A DNA stretch of 64,000 nucleotides, taken from the sequence record PQ471516.1, one strand, 5' to 3'. Positions within the stretch are counted from its first letter, which is position 1. Each line of letters begins with the position of its first letter. A model generated the notes under the pieces. It made no database searches. It saw only the letters and a list, made by a program, of their open reading frames with translations, and was not told the origin of the DNA. Below, piece by piece: positions 1 through 9,324 of this stretch. The position numbers and the translations under genes were made by a program.

Positions 1-1
1 G

Positions 2-913
2 TTCTTCAATGCTTACGAGAACCCATTCACTATGTTCAGTTCAGATACGACTTGTGAAGATATTTCGGTAGCGATGCCTAAACTTGACGGTTCAATCATC
101 AGTACATTTCGTGATAACGATGGTGAAATCCGTTGTAAATCACACACTTCCTTGTCATCTGACCATGCAATTAACAGTACTCGACTATTGAACGAGAACC
201 GTAATTTGTATGATTATGTAGACGAAGCAGACCGTTTGGGTTATACTGTGAATCTGGAGTATACAAGTCCAGAGTACCGAATAGTATTACCATATCAAGT
301 AGAACAATTATTTGTACTCAATGTTCGTCATCGTAAAAGTGGTGAGTTGTTATGCGGAGCAGCACTACGTAAGAAGTTCCCTTGTTTAGCACAATACAGT
401 ACTAATATGACGGGTAATAACATATGTTCATCATTTCCGGTGCGTTCTACCTTCAAAGAAAGTGTAGAAGAAGTCCGTAAAATGGTTGACATTGAGGGGT
501 TTGTGTGCATCCTAAATAATGGTACAATGTGTAAAATTAAAACGGATTGGTATTGCTCCTTGCATTTAACAAAGGATAGTATTATCATAGATTCCCATTT
601 ATATGAAGCTGTATTAAATGGTAGTAGTGATGACCTAAAGCAGTTGTTCAGTACTGATGCATATGCTATGCAGAAGATATTAAAAATGGAACAACATGTA
701 TTTGGATGCTATAATGCTTTACAAGATGAGGTAGAAAGCTTCGTCCAACAATACAAGCACTTGGAGCGAAAGGAATTCGCAATGAAGGTTCAGGAATGTC
801 TTAAGAATGAACTGAACCGTCAGGGCTTGGCCTTTGCGTTGTACAACGGTAAAGTGGTGAATTATAAAGAAACTTTATTGAAGTACTACAAAGATGTACT
901 AAAGGATTTTTAG
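2..913 (+). CDS. rnlA: RNA ligase 1 (T4 Rnl1-like), 5' end lies outside the window
   Basis: Frame is open from base 2 (FFNAYENPFTM, cf. T4 Rnl1 FFNLNENPFTM); adenylation motif KLDGSIIS, plus EGFV and KIKTDWY motifs. Confidence 0.9.
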   Translation, partial: FFNAYENPFTMFSSDTTCEDISVAMPKLDGSIISTFRDNDGEIRCKSHTSLSSDHAINSTRLLNENRNLYDYVDEADRLGYTVNLEYTSPEYRIVLPYQVEQLFVLNVRHRKSGELLCGAALRKKFPCLAQYSTNMTGNNICSSFPVRSTFKESVEEVRKMVDIEGFVCILNNGTMCKIKTDWYCSLHLTKDSIIIDSHLYEAVLNGSSDDLKQLFSTDAYAMQKILKMEQHVFGCYNALQDEVESFVQQYKHLERKEFAMKVQECLKNELNRQGLAFALYNGKVVNYKETLLKYYKDVLKDF

Positions 914-939
914 TACTAACTAGCCTAGCACAAGGAGAA

Positions 940-1197
940 GTGATGGCTAAACCTAAGTATAAAAATGACGGTTCCCTTTCTCCGACCGAGTTCAGGAAAA
1001 TACAACAAGATATCGATGAATTACAGCACAAACGCTCAAAGAAAGGTGTGAAGATTAGTAAGAAAAGAATCGAGAATACTTTTGGGTGTAGTAGTACTGA
1101 ATACAAGAAGAAGAGGAAACCAAAAGACGTGCAACCGAGAATACATGATGTGTCTCGACATACGTCTAAGCGTGAAAACAAATTCGATCCACTATAA
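940..1197 (+). CDS. small Lys/Arg-rich hypothetical protein
   Basis: ORF with SD AAGGAG before GTG start; very basic. Confidence 0.6.
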   Translation: MMAKPKYKNDGSLSPTEFRKIQQDIDELQHKRSKKGVKISKKRIENTFGCSSTEYKKKRKPKDVQPRIHDVSRHTSKRENKFDPL

Positions 1198-1206
1198 GGA
1201 GTTCAT

Positions 1207-1437
1207 ATGAAAGTTGAAGTTCAGCATAGTATTGTACAAGATATGTCCGTTGTGAAATTTCTATCATTGAAAGATTATTTCAGATGCATCAAGTTCCTAG
1301 AAGAATCGCAACTACAGTGGACACCGTTGAAGTACAGTTCATCCAATGATACAGCCAGTATTCGTTGTGATGAATCTGTACTTGTGAAAATCTCTAAGAG
1401 ATTTGGGGTAGGTAAAGTTAATGAGCACAGTAAGTGA
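1207..1437 (+). CDS. hypothetical protein
   Basis: ORF with SD AAGGAG. Confidence 0.6.
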   Translation: MKVEVQHSIVQDMSVVKFLSLKDYFRCIKFLEESQLQWTPLKYSSSNDTASIRCDESVLVKISKRFGVGKVNEHSK

Positions 1438-1675
1438 TCTAAAATACTACAACAAAACTGCGGAAACGTTTATTAATCATTTATATGATGAATTTAGTCG
1501 TATCCGCAAGGAATATACTGGTAAATGTATTTTATATTGTTCTTATCATAGTGGTGGAATTGAACGTGCTTACATTACTAAAGTAAAGTTTTCTGATGAC
1601 TATCAATTACTCTTTGAATTAGATAATTGTTTCGTTATTGAAGCTAGTTTGATAATGGATGTACTGGATAATTGA
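1421..1675 (+). CDS. hypothetical protein, helix + YxGKxV paralog family
   Basis: KEYTGKCI motif; packed in operon. Confidence 0.6.
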   Translation: MSTVSDLKYYNKTAETFINHLYDEFSRIRKEYTGKCILYCSYHSGGIERAYITKVKFSDDYQLLFELDNCFVIEASLIMDVLDN

Positions 1676-1681
1676 GGACAT

Positions 1682-1996
1682 ATGAATAAAGAACTTGCAC
1701 ATGAAGGTATCGAAAAGTTAAAGTACATTGAAAAGGAACTAATAGAATCCATTGAATCAATGGTCGAAGATTACGTTTTCGATTTTAAGAAAACATTGAT
1801 TGGATGTAAAGTTAAATGCTGGGATCATACTATCAGAGAATGGTTCAGTACTATTATTCTTGATGTTAAAGTATCTCGTACTGCTATTGGTAACTTAGTA
1901 AATGGTGAATGTTTTGTATACACTGAATACAATAACGGAACACGACACCTTTCAAAAGGATGGCACAGACTCGAAGATGTAGAATTCATCGAGTAA
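1682..1996 (+). CDS. hypothetical protein, YxGKxV-like family
   Basis: SD GAGGA; KTLIGCKV motif. Confidence 0.6.
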   Translation: MNKELAHEGIEKLKYIEKELIESIESMVEDYVFDFKKTLIGCKVKCWDHTIREWFSTIILDVKVSRTAIGNLVNGECFVYTEYNNGTRHLSKGWHRLEDVEFIE

Positions 1997-2008
1997 TAAG
2001 GAGTAATA

Positions 2009-2953
2009 ATGCCGACTATTACATTAACAGTTGGTCTGCCAGGATGTGGTAAAACTACATGGGCAGTTGAAGAAATTCGAAAAGCAAAGTTAAAGACTGT
2101 CAACATCAACCGTGATGACATTCGTGAGTCAATGGCTGGTTCACATGATGCATACAAATTCAACGACGCTAATGAGCAGTACGTAACTACATTACAGTTC
2201 AGTGCAGCAGATTTAGCAGCTAAGAATTCGTGGAACATCATCGTTTCTGACACGAACCTTAAACAAGGTTTTCGTGATAAATGGAAAATGTGGGCTTCAG
2301 ACAATGGTTACGACTACAAAGAAAAAGACTTCTATCAGGATTTTGAACCGAAAGAAGACCGTGGTGCTGATGTACATGAATTCTTTAAGATTAAAGAATA
2401 TGTAAAACTTTGTAAGACTCGTAACCTAAAACGCGAACGTTCAGTACAGGACAGTATCATTGATACTATGGCACATACGCACTATTACAGTAAAATGCGT
2501 ATGTTCAATGCGTATGAGCTTCAGAATTATGACTCATTACCGCATTGTATTATTGTTGATATTGATGGTACACTAGCTCATAAAGGGGGTCGTAACCCAT
2601 TCGATGAAAGTACTGTCCTACAGGATACCCCAGACGAGGAAGTAATTCTTTCTGTAATTGCAGAAGCACAGTTCTTTAAACGCAAGATTATCGTTATGTC
2701 CGGCAGGACTGAAGGGTGCAGAGAAGATACTGAGAAGTGGTTACTGACTTGGGGTGTGCCTTATGATGAACTATATATGCGAGCAATCGATGATAAACGT
2801 CCTGATGATGTAGTTAAGTACGAGCTACTATCTAAACACGTTGCTGGGAAGTACACAGTCAAGAAGGTTTATGATGACCGCGAGCAAGTAGTTTTTATGT
2901 GGCGTAACCTAGTAGGATTGAAAGTATTCCAAGTCGAACCTGGATTATTTTGA
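2009..2953 (+). CDS. pseT: polynucleotide 5'-kinase/3'-phosphatase (T4 PseT-like)
   Basis: N-terminal P-loop GLPGCGKT and NRDDIR; C-terminal HAD phosphatase DIDGT, SGR, R..DD.R.D, YDDR motifs. Confidence 0.93.
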   Translation: MPTITLTVGLPGCGKTTWAVEEIRKAKLKTVNINRDDIRESMAGSHDAYKFNDANEQYVTTLQFSAADLAAKNSWNIIVSDTNLKQGFRDKWKMWASDNGYDYKEKDFYQDFEPKEDRGADVHEFFKIKEYVKLCKTRNLKRERSVQDSIIDTMAHTHYYSKMRMFNAYELQNYDSLPHCIIVDIDGTLAHKGGRNPFDESTVLQDTPDEEVILSVIAEAQFFKRKIIVMSGRTEGCREDTEKWLLTWGVPYDELYMRAIDDKRPDDVVKYELLSKHVAGKYTVKKVYDDREQVVFMWRNLVGLKVFQVEPGLF

Positions 2954-2966
2954 TACAATAAAATAT

Positions 2967-2998
2967 ATGAGCGGATCATTTGATTCCGCTCATTTTTT
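2967..2998 (+). terminator. Rho-independent terminator
   Basis: ATGAGCGGA / TCCGCTCAT stem followed by T run. Confidence 0.8.
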
Positions 2999-3016
2999 AT
3001 CTAAGGATAAAGTACT

Positions 3017-3274
3017 ATGGATATGTTACAAGTGCAATTAAAACAAAGTACTGACTTGATCCTTTCTATTATTGAAGATCTAAATCAACAGTACTTAGGT
3101 AAACGTGTAATAACTCATACAAAGATTAAAGGATTTGTTTCGTTAATTTATTTTAATTCATATGAAAATAAACTATGCGTTCGAATTAGAACCATAGATG
3201 AAGAAACTGGGTATGAGGATGGTGGATTAGTATCTGTTCCTTTTCAAAATTTAAGGTTATTAGAAGATGATTAA
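3017..3274 (+). CDS. hypothetical protein, YxGKxV family
   Basis: QQYLGKRV motif; SD AAGGA. Confidence 0.6.
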   Translation: MDMLQVQLKQSTDLILSIIEDLNQQYLGKRVITHTKIKGFVSLIYFNSYENKLCVRIRTIDEETGYEDGGLVSVPFQNLRLLEDD

Positions 3275-3518
3275 AACAGAATTAGCATTAGTAAAACTGC
3301 ATGTAGACTACGCAACAGTACTCGTAGAAGATCTATCAAAAAAGTACGTTGGTAAACGTGTGCGTTGCTATTATAGTGAATATGATTATAAACATGATTT
3401 CCGTGTACAAGAGATTTTTCTGTTCGACGGAGTTATTAATATTCGTGTAATCAATGAACATAACCATACCTATACATATGGACTAAATGCTACTATAGAG
3501 GAATTACCAGATGAATAG
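3267..3518 (+). CDS. hypothetical protein, YxGKxV family
   Basis: KKYVGKRV motif; overlaps previous stop. Confidence 0.6.
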   Translation: MIKTELALVKLHVDYATVLVEDLSKKYVGKRVRCYYSEYDYKHDFRVQEIFLFDGVINIRVINEHNHTYTYGLNATIEELPDE

Positions 3519-3807
3519 TGTTTTGTCAAAATTAAAAGAATTGAATTTCTATACTTACCTGTGGCTTGCTGAACAAGAACAGTTTGTAAGCAGATCTTAT
3601 TCCCATATAATGATTGAGTTATCAAAGGATATACTAAAAACAGAAGTAAAAGTATTTTGTCCAGAAGCTAATATGAGTGGTAAGATTGTTGATTTTACTT
3701 TCGCTGGATTTATCAACTATAATTATGAACGTACACTGGGTATTAAGGTTGAAATTGGGGAAGACGACTATTGTACCTTTCAGTTGCCAGATTTGGTGAT
3801 ACAATGA
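3511..3807 (+). CDS. hypothetical protein
   Basis: ORF in tight operon, SD GAGGA. Confidence 0.55.
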   Translation: MNSVLSKLKELNFYTYLWLAEQEQFVSRSYSHIMIELSKDILKTEVKVFCPEANMSGKIVDFTFAGFINYNYERTLGIKVEIGEDDYCTFQLPDLVIQ

Positions 3808-4103
3808 ATGAGGAAGATTTAAGAATATTAACCCTCTATAGCAATCATTCGATAATTTTATATGAGATGGTTTATGAATACAAATACAGCGAGTATCCTT
3901 TATTTGATTTAGTACTGGATTTTTATAACGAAGTACGTGACAAATATTACGGTAAACCCATTGTAATATTAGATGATACATTTTATATAGCAGCAGTGTA
4001 TGGTTCATTAAATGGTATATTCTTTGATTTGAAATCGGATCTTAAATCAAAACATTTTGATGATAGTTTGTATATTTCGGAGATACCAAAATGTCGAATT
4101 TAA
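3804..4103 (+). CDS. hypothetical protein, YxGKxV family
   Basis: ATG at 3804 overlapping previous stop (ATGA) preferred to 3771; DKYYGKPI motif. Confidence 0.55.
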   Translation: MNEEDLRILTLYSNHSIILYEMVYEYKYSEYPLFDLVLDFYNEVRDKYYGKPIVILDDTFYIAAVYGSLNGIFFDLKSDLKSKHFDDSLYISEIPKCRI

Positions 4104-4417
4104 CAGAAGAAGATTTAAAGTATCTTCTGTACGTAGAAAAATCTACCATATTAATTTCGTCGGTTTGTGAAGAGTTTGACGATACCATGTGGAAAGGATG
4201 TGTACCAACATATATTTTTAACACTATGGAAATATTGGAAAATAAGTTCTATAATAAATTAGTATATGAAAAGGAATATCCTAAAGTCAAACTTTATATT
4301 AAAGAATGCTTTTTCGCTGGACGCAATGGTTTTATGTTTGACACAGGACGAAACGAAAAAGAAAAGTACACCTTCACTAGTGTTTATCTTGATGAGATTT
4401 TGTTAGCAAAAGATTGA
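4091..4417 (+). CDS. hypothetical protein
   Basis: SD GGAG; N-terminus NLTEEDLKYL resembles that of the preceding ORF (NEEDLRIL). Confidence 0.55.
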   Translation: MSNLTEEDLKYLLYVEKSTILISSVCEEFDDTMWKGCVPTYIFNTMEILENKFYNKLVYEKEYPKVKLYIKECFFAGRNGFMFDTGRNEKEKYTFTSVYLDEILLAKD

Positions 4418-4442
4418 CATTGAACTGGAATTGAACTATAAT
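4414..4442 (+). promoter_or_regulatory. sigma70-type promoter
   Basis: Perfect TTGACA-N17-TATAAT. Confidence 0.75.
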
Positions 4443-4755
4443 GGACGAAATATTAAAAGAAATAGTACAATGGGAAAAGGACTTTGTTTTCATCAGTGAA
4501 CAAAGAAACAATGCACCAAAGAGTGTTCGATGTGCCATTGAGTACTACATTGATGAAATATGTGAATACCTGACTAAAAAGTACTGTCCATTTAGTTCAG
4601 GATATTCCACCAACAGTTTTGTAACCAAACGAGATGCAGATGAAATTCATATTGTAAAACGTATTACCCCAGGGTTTGGAAACTGGTTTGTATTCAACAC
4701 TGAACAACATGAATACCTATACATCGAAGATTTAAGAAATATTATCAAAATATAA
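4441..4755 (+). CDS. hypothetical protein
   Basis: 104 aa ORF in operon. Confidence 0.55.
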   Translation: MDEILKEIVQWEKDFVFISEQRNNAPKSVRCAIEYYIDEICEYLTKKYCPFSSGYSTNSFVTKRDADEIHIVKRITPGFGNWFVFNTEQHEYLYIEDLRNIIKI

Positions 4756-4766
4756 GGAGAGTACAT

Positions 4767-5378
4767 ATGTTAACAACACTAGCAATTATTTGGGTTCTTG
4801 GTGTAATCATCACTGCTATGCTTGCATACAATCACAACCGCAGTATCATTGGGTATTCTGTACTCGGTGTAGTACTGTCACCTGTGATTTCAATCGGTGC
4901 TTTGCTTTTTCTAGGTGAACGCAACCCTAATCTATTCATCAATGATAACCGTGATAAGGTTACTCCAGAACCAGAAACTGTTCTTCCTGAAGAACTAGAA
5001 CCTGCACCTGAAGTTGTTGAAATAGTTGAAGAAGTCGTGGAACCTGTCAAACCAGTACCGCCAGTATTCCCTGAAGTACAGGTTGTTCCTGAAGTTAAAA
5101 AGCCTAAGTCCAATAAGTCTTCAAAGAAAGCACGATATACTAAAGGCAAGAACAAAGGCAAGAAACCAGATACCCAAAGCACTACCACTACTTCCACAAC
5201 TGCCCCTGATAACGCATCAGGCATCGCTACAGCAGCCGTAATGACCGCCCTGTACGTTGGTGACGATTACAGCGATTACACCACTACAACGACGTATAGC
5301 TCGTCCTCTGATAGTTCTTCATATGACAGTTCCAGTTCATGTGATAGCAGCAGTTCTTCTTCAGGTAGCTGTGATTAA
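4767..5378 (+). CDS. membrane protein with Pro/Glu/Val linker and Ser/Thr/Asp-rich tail
   Basis: Two N-terminal hydrophobic helices; low-complexity C-terminus; SD AAGGAG. Confidence 0.7.
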   Translation: MLTTLAIIWVLGVIITAMLAYNHNRSIIGYSVLGVVLSPVISIGALLFLGERNPNLFINDNRDKVTPEPETVLPEELEPAPEVVEIVEEVVEPVKPVPPVFPEVQVVPEVKKPKSNKSSKKARYTKGKNKGKKPDTQSTTTTSTTAPDNASGIATAAVMTALYVGDDYSDYTTTTTYSSSSDSSSYDSSSSCDSSSSSSGSCD

Positions 5379-5379
5379 T

Positions 5380-5742
5380 ATGAAAGACCTGAAATACGTT
5401 TCAATGTATTACGATGTACTCACTAATCAATTCTTGGAATACATCGATTCTGTCAGAACGGATCTTACGGGTAAAACCGTAGGATTCACCGAAGAATATA
5501 TTGAAAAACAGAACAGGATTGAATCTTATACCTTCATCGATGACGATGGTACAATTTTTGAAGGTGATGATGAAATTACACGCATCAGTACTGATATTAA
5601 GATGGAAGTCATTACTATAGTTAACAAGAATACAAAACTATACGCTGTAGTTGAATGTCTATCATGTCCAGATGACACTATATATGATTTTGACCAATAC
5701 ATAGATCTTAAAAATTTAGTACTGCTAGGAGTGGAGGAATAA
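5380..5742 (+). CDS. hypothetical protein, YxGKxV family
   Basis: ATG at 5380 directly after previous stop preferred to 5257; TDLTGKTV motif. Confidence 0.55.
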   Translation: MKDLKYVSMYYDVLTNQFLEYIDSVRTDLTGKTVGFTEEYIEKQNRIESYTFIDDDGTIFEGDDEITRISTDIKMEVITIVNKNTKLYAVVECLSCPDDTIYDFDQYIDLKNLVLLGVEE

Positions 5743-5744
5743 GC

Positions 5745-5969
5745 ATGTTAGGTTTATTTGGAATTTATGGTTTTGTTGCAGTAACATCTTTTATTTGCAA
5801 TTTGGTAGTACTTTCATTTGGTAAAACAGGCGAGGAAGACTTTGACAGTCGCCTTAAAACTGCTGCACTAATGGCAATACTTTGGCCTGTTACTTTGGTG
5901 TACCTAGGAAACTCATTGGTACAGGACGCTATCGAGAAGTACATTAAGAAATCTAAAAAGGGAGAGTAA
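5745..5969 (+). CDS. small two-helix membrane protein
   Basis: Hydrophobic segments, AILWPVTL; SD GGAGG. Confidence 0.6.
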   Translation: MLGLFGIYGFVAVTSFICNLVVLSFGKTGEEDFDSRLKTAALMAILWPVTLVYLGNSLVQDAIEKYIKKSKKGE

Positions 5970-5970
5970 T

Positions 5971-6174
5971 ATGTGGGCTGTTTTTGGGATTTATATTTTG
6001 GTAGTACTGGCAGTATTTGTTTATAACTTCTTCACTAATTACGGTACACAAACACTAAGCATTACTGAGGTTGCAGGTGATTCGGTAGTTTCCGCTATCA
6101 TGTGGCCTGTGAATCTTTTTGTGCAGATTCTATGTATTGTTCCAGGGTTAACCAAGGATATAAAACATGACTAA
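5971..6174 (+). CDS. small two-helix membrane protein, paralog of 5745-5969
   Basis: M.xxFGIY start and AIMWPVNL shared with neighbour. Confidence 0.6.
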   Translation: MWAVFGIYILVVLAVFVYNFFTNYGTQTLSITEVAGDSVVSAIMWPVNLFVQILCIVPGLTKDIKHD

Positions 6175-6424
6175 TATAGATAAATCTCATATTCGTTATT
6201 TGTTTTCTTTAGTTGATGATTTTGTACAAGATATCAAGCCCAAGTACATTGGGAAAGAAGTACGTTTGACACATACCAGAGGTTACCATAAACATATCAT
6301 TGAAGATGTTATTCTTCGTAAGGGTGAGTTGTGCTTTAAAGTTTGCAATTACCTTGATGATGGTACGTTTGCTGGTTCTCAAATGGTACATGATGATAAG
6401 ATTATTTGGTGGGATATTGAATGA
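6167..6424 (+). CDS. hypothetical protein, YxGKxV family
   Basis: PKYIGKEV motif; SD AAGGA. Confidence 0.6.
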   Translation: MTNIDKSHIRYLFSLVDDFVQDIKPKYIGKEVRLTHTRGYHKHIIEDVILRKGELCFKVCNYLDDGTFAGSQMVHDDKIIWWDIE

Positions 6425-7164
6425 AACATTTCTTAGAAGTAACTGTTCCAGATGATAAAGAACTATATATTGTGGGCGACATTCATGGTAATGCAAAACT
6501 ATGGGATATAACTAAAACAGAATTTGGCATTACTTCTGATGATTATGTTTTTAGCTTAGGTGATCTAATCGACCGAGGAACTCAAAGTGCTAAGTTACTT
6601 TTTGAGTTCCTTTTTGCCGATAACCGTTTCATGATTATCGGCAATCATGAACAACTATGTGTTGATTCTGAAAAGTACAGAGACTGGCATCACTGCTGGT
6701 TAATGAATGGTGGAGATAAGTTCATCGAGGAAATCGGTGATACTGGTATTCAGTTCTTTCGACAGTACTTAAATCAGTTACCATCAATCATCCAAATCAA
6801 CCACAGAGGTCTGAAGATTGGACTCGTTCATGCTGGTGTTGAACTGAAGTACCAGGACTGGGATCAGTTTATTTCTGGAACAAAATCGCTTAGTACTGAT
6901 ATAATTGAGTCATTGCTATGGGAACGTAAGACATTTGATTACTGCAAAGGAAACAATGTATATAATGCACCACGCATTCAGGGTGTTGACTACGTTCTTA
7001 GTGGTCATACTGGTGTGGTTGACCCATTGATTTATGGCAATCGCGTATGGATAGACAGTCAATTCATGAGTGGTGATTTAACCGTTGCCACCCCACAAAG
7101 TGGCAAGATGCGTTACTTGCGTCGAGAAAAGGACGATTATTCTTTTAATCGTTTTAAAAGGTAA
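6421..7164 (+). CDS. Ser/Thr protein phosphatase (lambda NinI/PrpA-like metallophosphoesterase)
   Basis: GDIHG, GDLIDRG, GNHE, HAG, GHT motifs. Confidence 0.9.
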   Translation: MKHFLEVTVPDDKELYIVGDIHGNAKLWDITKTEFGITSDDYVFSLGDLIDRGTQSAKLLFEFLFADNRFMIIGNHEQLCVDSEKYRDWHHCWLMNGGDKFIEEIGDTGIQFFRQYLNQLPSIIQINHRGLKIGLVHAGVELKYQDWDQFISGTKSLSTDIIESLLWERKTFDYCKGNNVYNAPRIQGVDYVLSGHTGVVDPLIYGNRVWIDSQFMSGDLTVATPQSGKMRYLRREKDDYSFNRFKR

Positions 7165-7167
7165 ATT

Positions 7168-7440
7168 ATGCACGAAGAGATACAACAATACCTAACTAAA
7201 CGCAACAATTTTGAAAGTATGATTTCATCGATAATTCAAGATTATCGAAATGAAGTTCATGCGTATCTATCTGACAAAATTGTTGGGAAACAAGTAATGT
7301 TTCAGTTAGAAGATGGCATTAATCCAGCAGGTATTCTAACGCGTATCGTCACTATGTCATATAATACTATCTACGTAGAAATCGAGTACAGTGGTAATAG
7401 ATTATATCAAACGGATATTAAGTACGTTACGTTTTTATAA
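7168..7440 (+). CDS. hypothetical protein, YxGKxV family
   Basis: DKIVGKQV motif. Confidence 0.55.
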   Translation: MHEEIQQYLTKRNNFESMISSIIQDYRNEVHAYLSDKIVGKQVMFQLEDGINPAGILTRIVTMSYNTIYVEIEYSGNRLYQTDIKYVTFL

Positions 7441-7450
7441 GGAAATAAAA

Positions 7451-7678
7451 ATGAAAGAAATTCTGGTACAAGTAAAGAAATATCAAACTGAAGATGGTAA
7501 GATTTTTGATTCAGCCCGTGAAGCAGAACACCATGAACGTATCATTGGCGGGGTAAGAAAGACATGTCCACATTGTAATGGTACACAGCAAGTTCCTGAT
7601 GAAGAATTTCGTCGTTTCTATGCATGTCCAACATGTGATGGTCGCGGGTGGGTAGAAAAACAAGAGGTATGGAAATGA
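7451..7678 (+). CDS. small zinc-finger protein (DnaJ-type CxxCxGxG repeats)
   Basis: CPHCNGTQ ... CPTCDGRG; SD AAGGA before ATG 7451. Confidence 0.65.
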   Translation: MKEILVQVKKYQTEDGKIFDSAREAEHHERIIGGVRKTCPHCNGTQQVPDEEFRRFYACPTCDGRGWVEKQEVWK

Positions 7679-8088
7679 AATTATATTGCTTAACAAATAT
7701 GTACTGTCAGGGTACACAAGGTGGAATACAGGCATTTCACGCTGGTGTACGACTAATCAAAGAGTATGAAGGTTCACACTTCAGTACTATGATTGATGAG
7801 TGGTACTATGACCATGAAACGGTTGTAGTACTGAATGCTGGATCTCACTCTTCCCTTGAGAAATACATGCAAGACTTAAAACAGCAAGGGCAGGTTCCAT
7901 ATGCTGAGTTCAAAGAGTACGGCTTAAATGATGCACTAACTAGTATTGCAGTACTATGCACAACTGAAATGGTTGAAGACATGTCCGTACTGCGTATGAA
8001 TCTACCTGCGGGTGATCAGCTAATGGAAGTTAAATATGGCAAGCTATATCCAGTACTGAAAGCTATTAGTACCATGAGGACATTGTAA
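7675..8088 (+). CDS. peptidyl-tRNA hydrolase II (PTH2)-like protein
   Basis: Q..HA, W....E.VVVL, E..L....T.IAV pattern of the PTH2 fold; ATG at 7675 overlapping previous stop. Confidence 0.55.
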   Translation: MKLYCLTNMYCQGTQGGIQAFHAGVRLIKEYEGSHFSTMIDEWYYDHETVVVLNAGSHSSLEKYMQDLKQQGQVPYAEFKEYGLNDALTSIAVLCTTEMVEDMSVLRMNLPAGDQLMEVKYGKLYPVLKAISTMRTL

Positions 8089-9296
8089 TGAAGTTTCCTG
8101 AACAACTCTATGTAGCAAGAAAATATGTATCATCCGAGCGTGTAGAAGCAATGGTAACTGATGCTACAAAAACACACACGAAAGCATTCGAAACTAAAAA
8201 AGAACGACTGGATAGTTGGGCTAGTAGAGCAGGTAGCAAAGAACTACCATCTATATTCATCGAAAACAAACCAACTATTGGTTTTAGTATTGTAAAAATG
8301 GTTTATTCCTACAACCGCGACACTTTCTTCACAGTTCGACACCCTGAAGGTTTTGAGTTCTATATTCCTGCAAGCAATATGAATGATCTTATTGCCAACA
8401 ATGATATCATTAAAGGTGTTTTCCAAGCCCCATTGTACTTCAATGACAAAATGGAACTAATCAATGAAAGTACTTCATTATTTGAAAAAATGAAAAAAGA
8501 GGAAGAGAAACAAAGTGAACGTAAAGATTTTGTACAAACTCTTAAAGTAGGTGATGGATTTACTTACAAAGATAATGACTATTATTATTGTGGTCGTGTT
8601 CACGCACTTTGTATGATGAAGTCAAAAGAATATAGTATTCCAGAAAAGAGTTCTCTGTATCATTTAGTTTATAATATTAGTAAGCAGCATTATGTACTGA
8701 ACACTAAACTGGATAAGTACACCTTAGCTCCTAAAGCATTACTTAATGCCAAAACTACAATTGATAAAGAAATTACCAAAGCAAATGCTGAAATATATGA
8801 ATCAAAAGATAAATTGAGTGATTATTTGAGTGATAGTCTCAAACCTATCGTTATGTCAGAGAAACCATTCAAGAAGACTAGTTTAAAAATCCGTTATGAG
8901 AAAATTGATGTAAAAGATATTTTCAACCAGACTAAACGCTTCAATAGTGATTTGATTTACAAAGTACACAAAGATGGTCAAGACTATCGCGTGTTTGTTG
9001 GGTTAAAGGCTACTGCGTATGATCGCTATTCATATAACAGAAATGATTACAGTTTGATTTATTACGGTGAATTTGATGTATTTGCTGGCACTGAAGTTGA
9101 TATTGATGAAAATGGTATCATGACATTAGATGTTGACCTAGATAAACATACATCATTCGGTTCATGGAATGGTTATCAATCTCCGTTCTATCCACCTACT
9201 AAAAAATATTCATCATCTAACAGTTATGCTGACAGAAAACAAATGGCACATCTATCAACTGACCTTGAATTGTTTGTAAGCCATTACTACCTGTAA
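8088..9296 (+). CDS. hypothetical protein (402 aa)
   Basis: Long ORF, no recognised motif. Confidence 0.75.
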   Translation: MKFPEQLYVARKYVSSERVEAMVTDATKTHTKAFETKKERLDSWASRAGSKELPSIFIENKPTIGFSIVKMVYSYNRDTFFTVRHPEGFEFYIPASNMNDLIANNDIIKGVFQAPLYFNDKMELINESTSLFEKMKKEEEKQSERKDFVQTLKVGDGFTYKDNDYYYCGRVHALCMMKSKEYSIPEKSSLYHLVYNISKQHYVLNTKLDKYTLAPKALLNAKTTIDKEITKANAEIYESKDKLSDYLSDSLKPIVMSEKPFKKTSLKIRYEKIDVKDIFNQTKRFNSDLIYKVHKDGQDYRVFVGLKATAYDRYSYNRNDYSLIYYGEFDVFAGTEVDIDENGIMTLDVDLDKHTSFGSWNGYQSPFYPPTKKYSSSNSYADRKQMAHLSTDLELFVSHYYL

Positions 9297-9324
9297 ACGG
9301 AATTTATATAAAAAGGATTTTACA

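Noticed and set aside
4832-5224. 130 aa minus-strand ORF
   Set aside because: Antisense shadow of the low-complexity membrane protein
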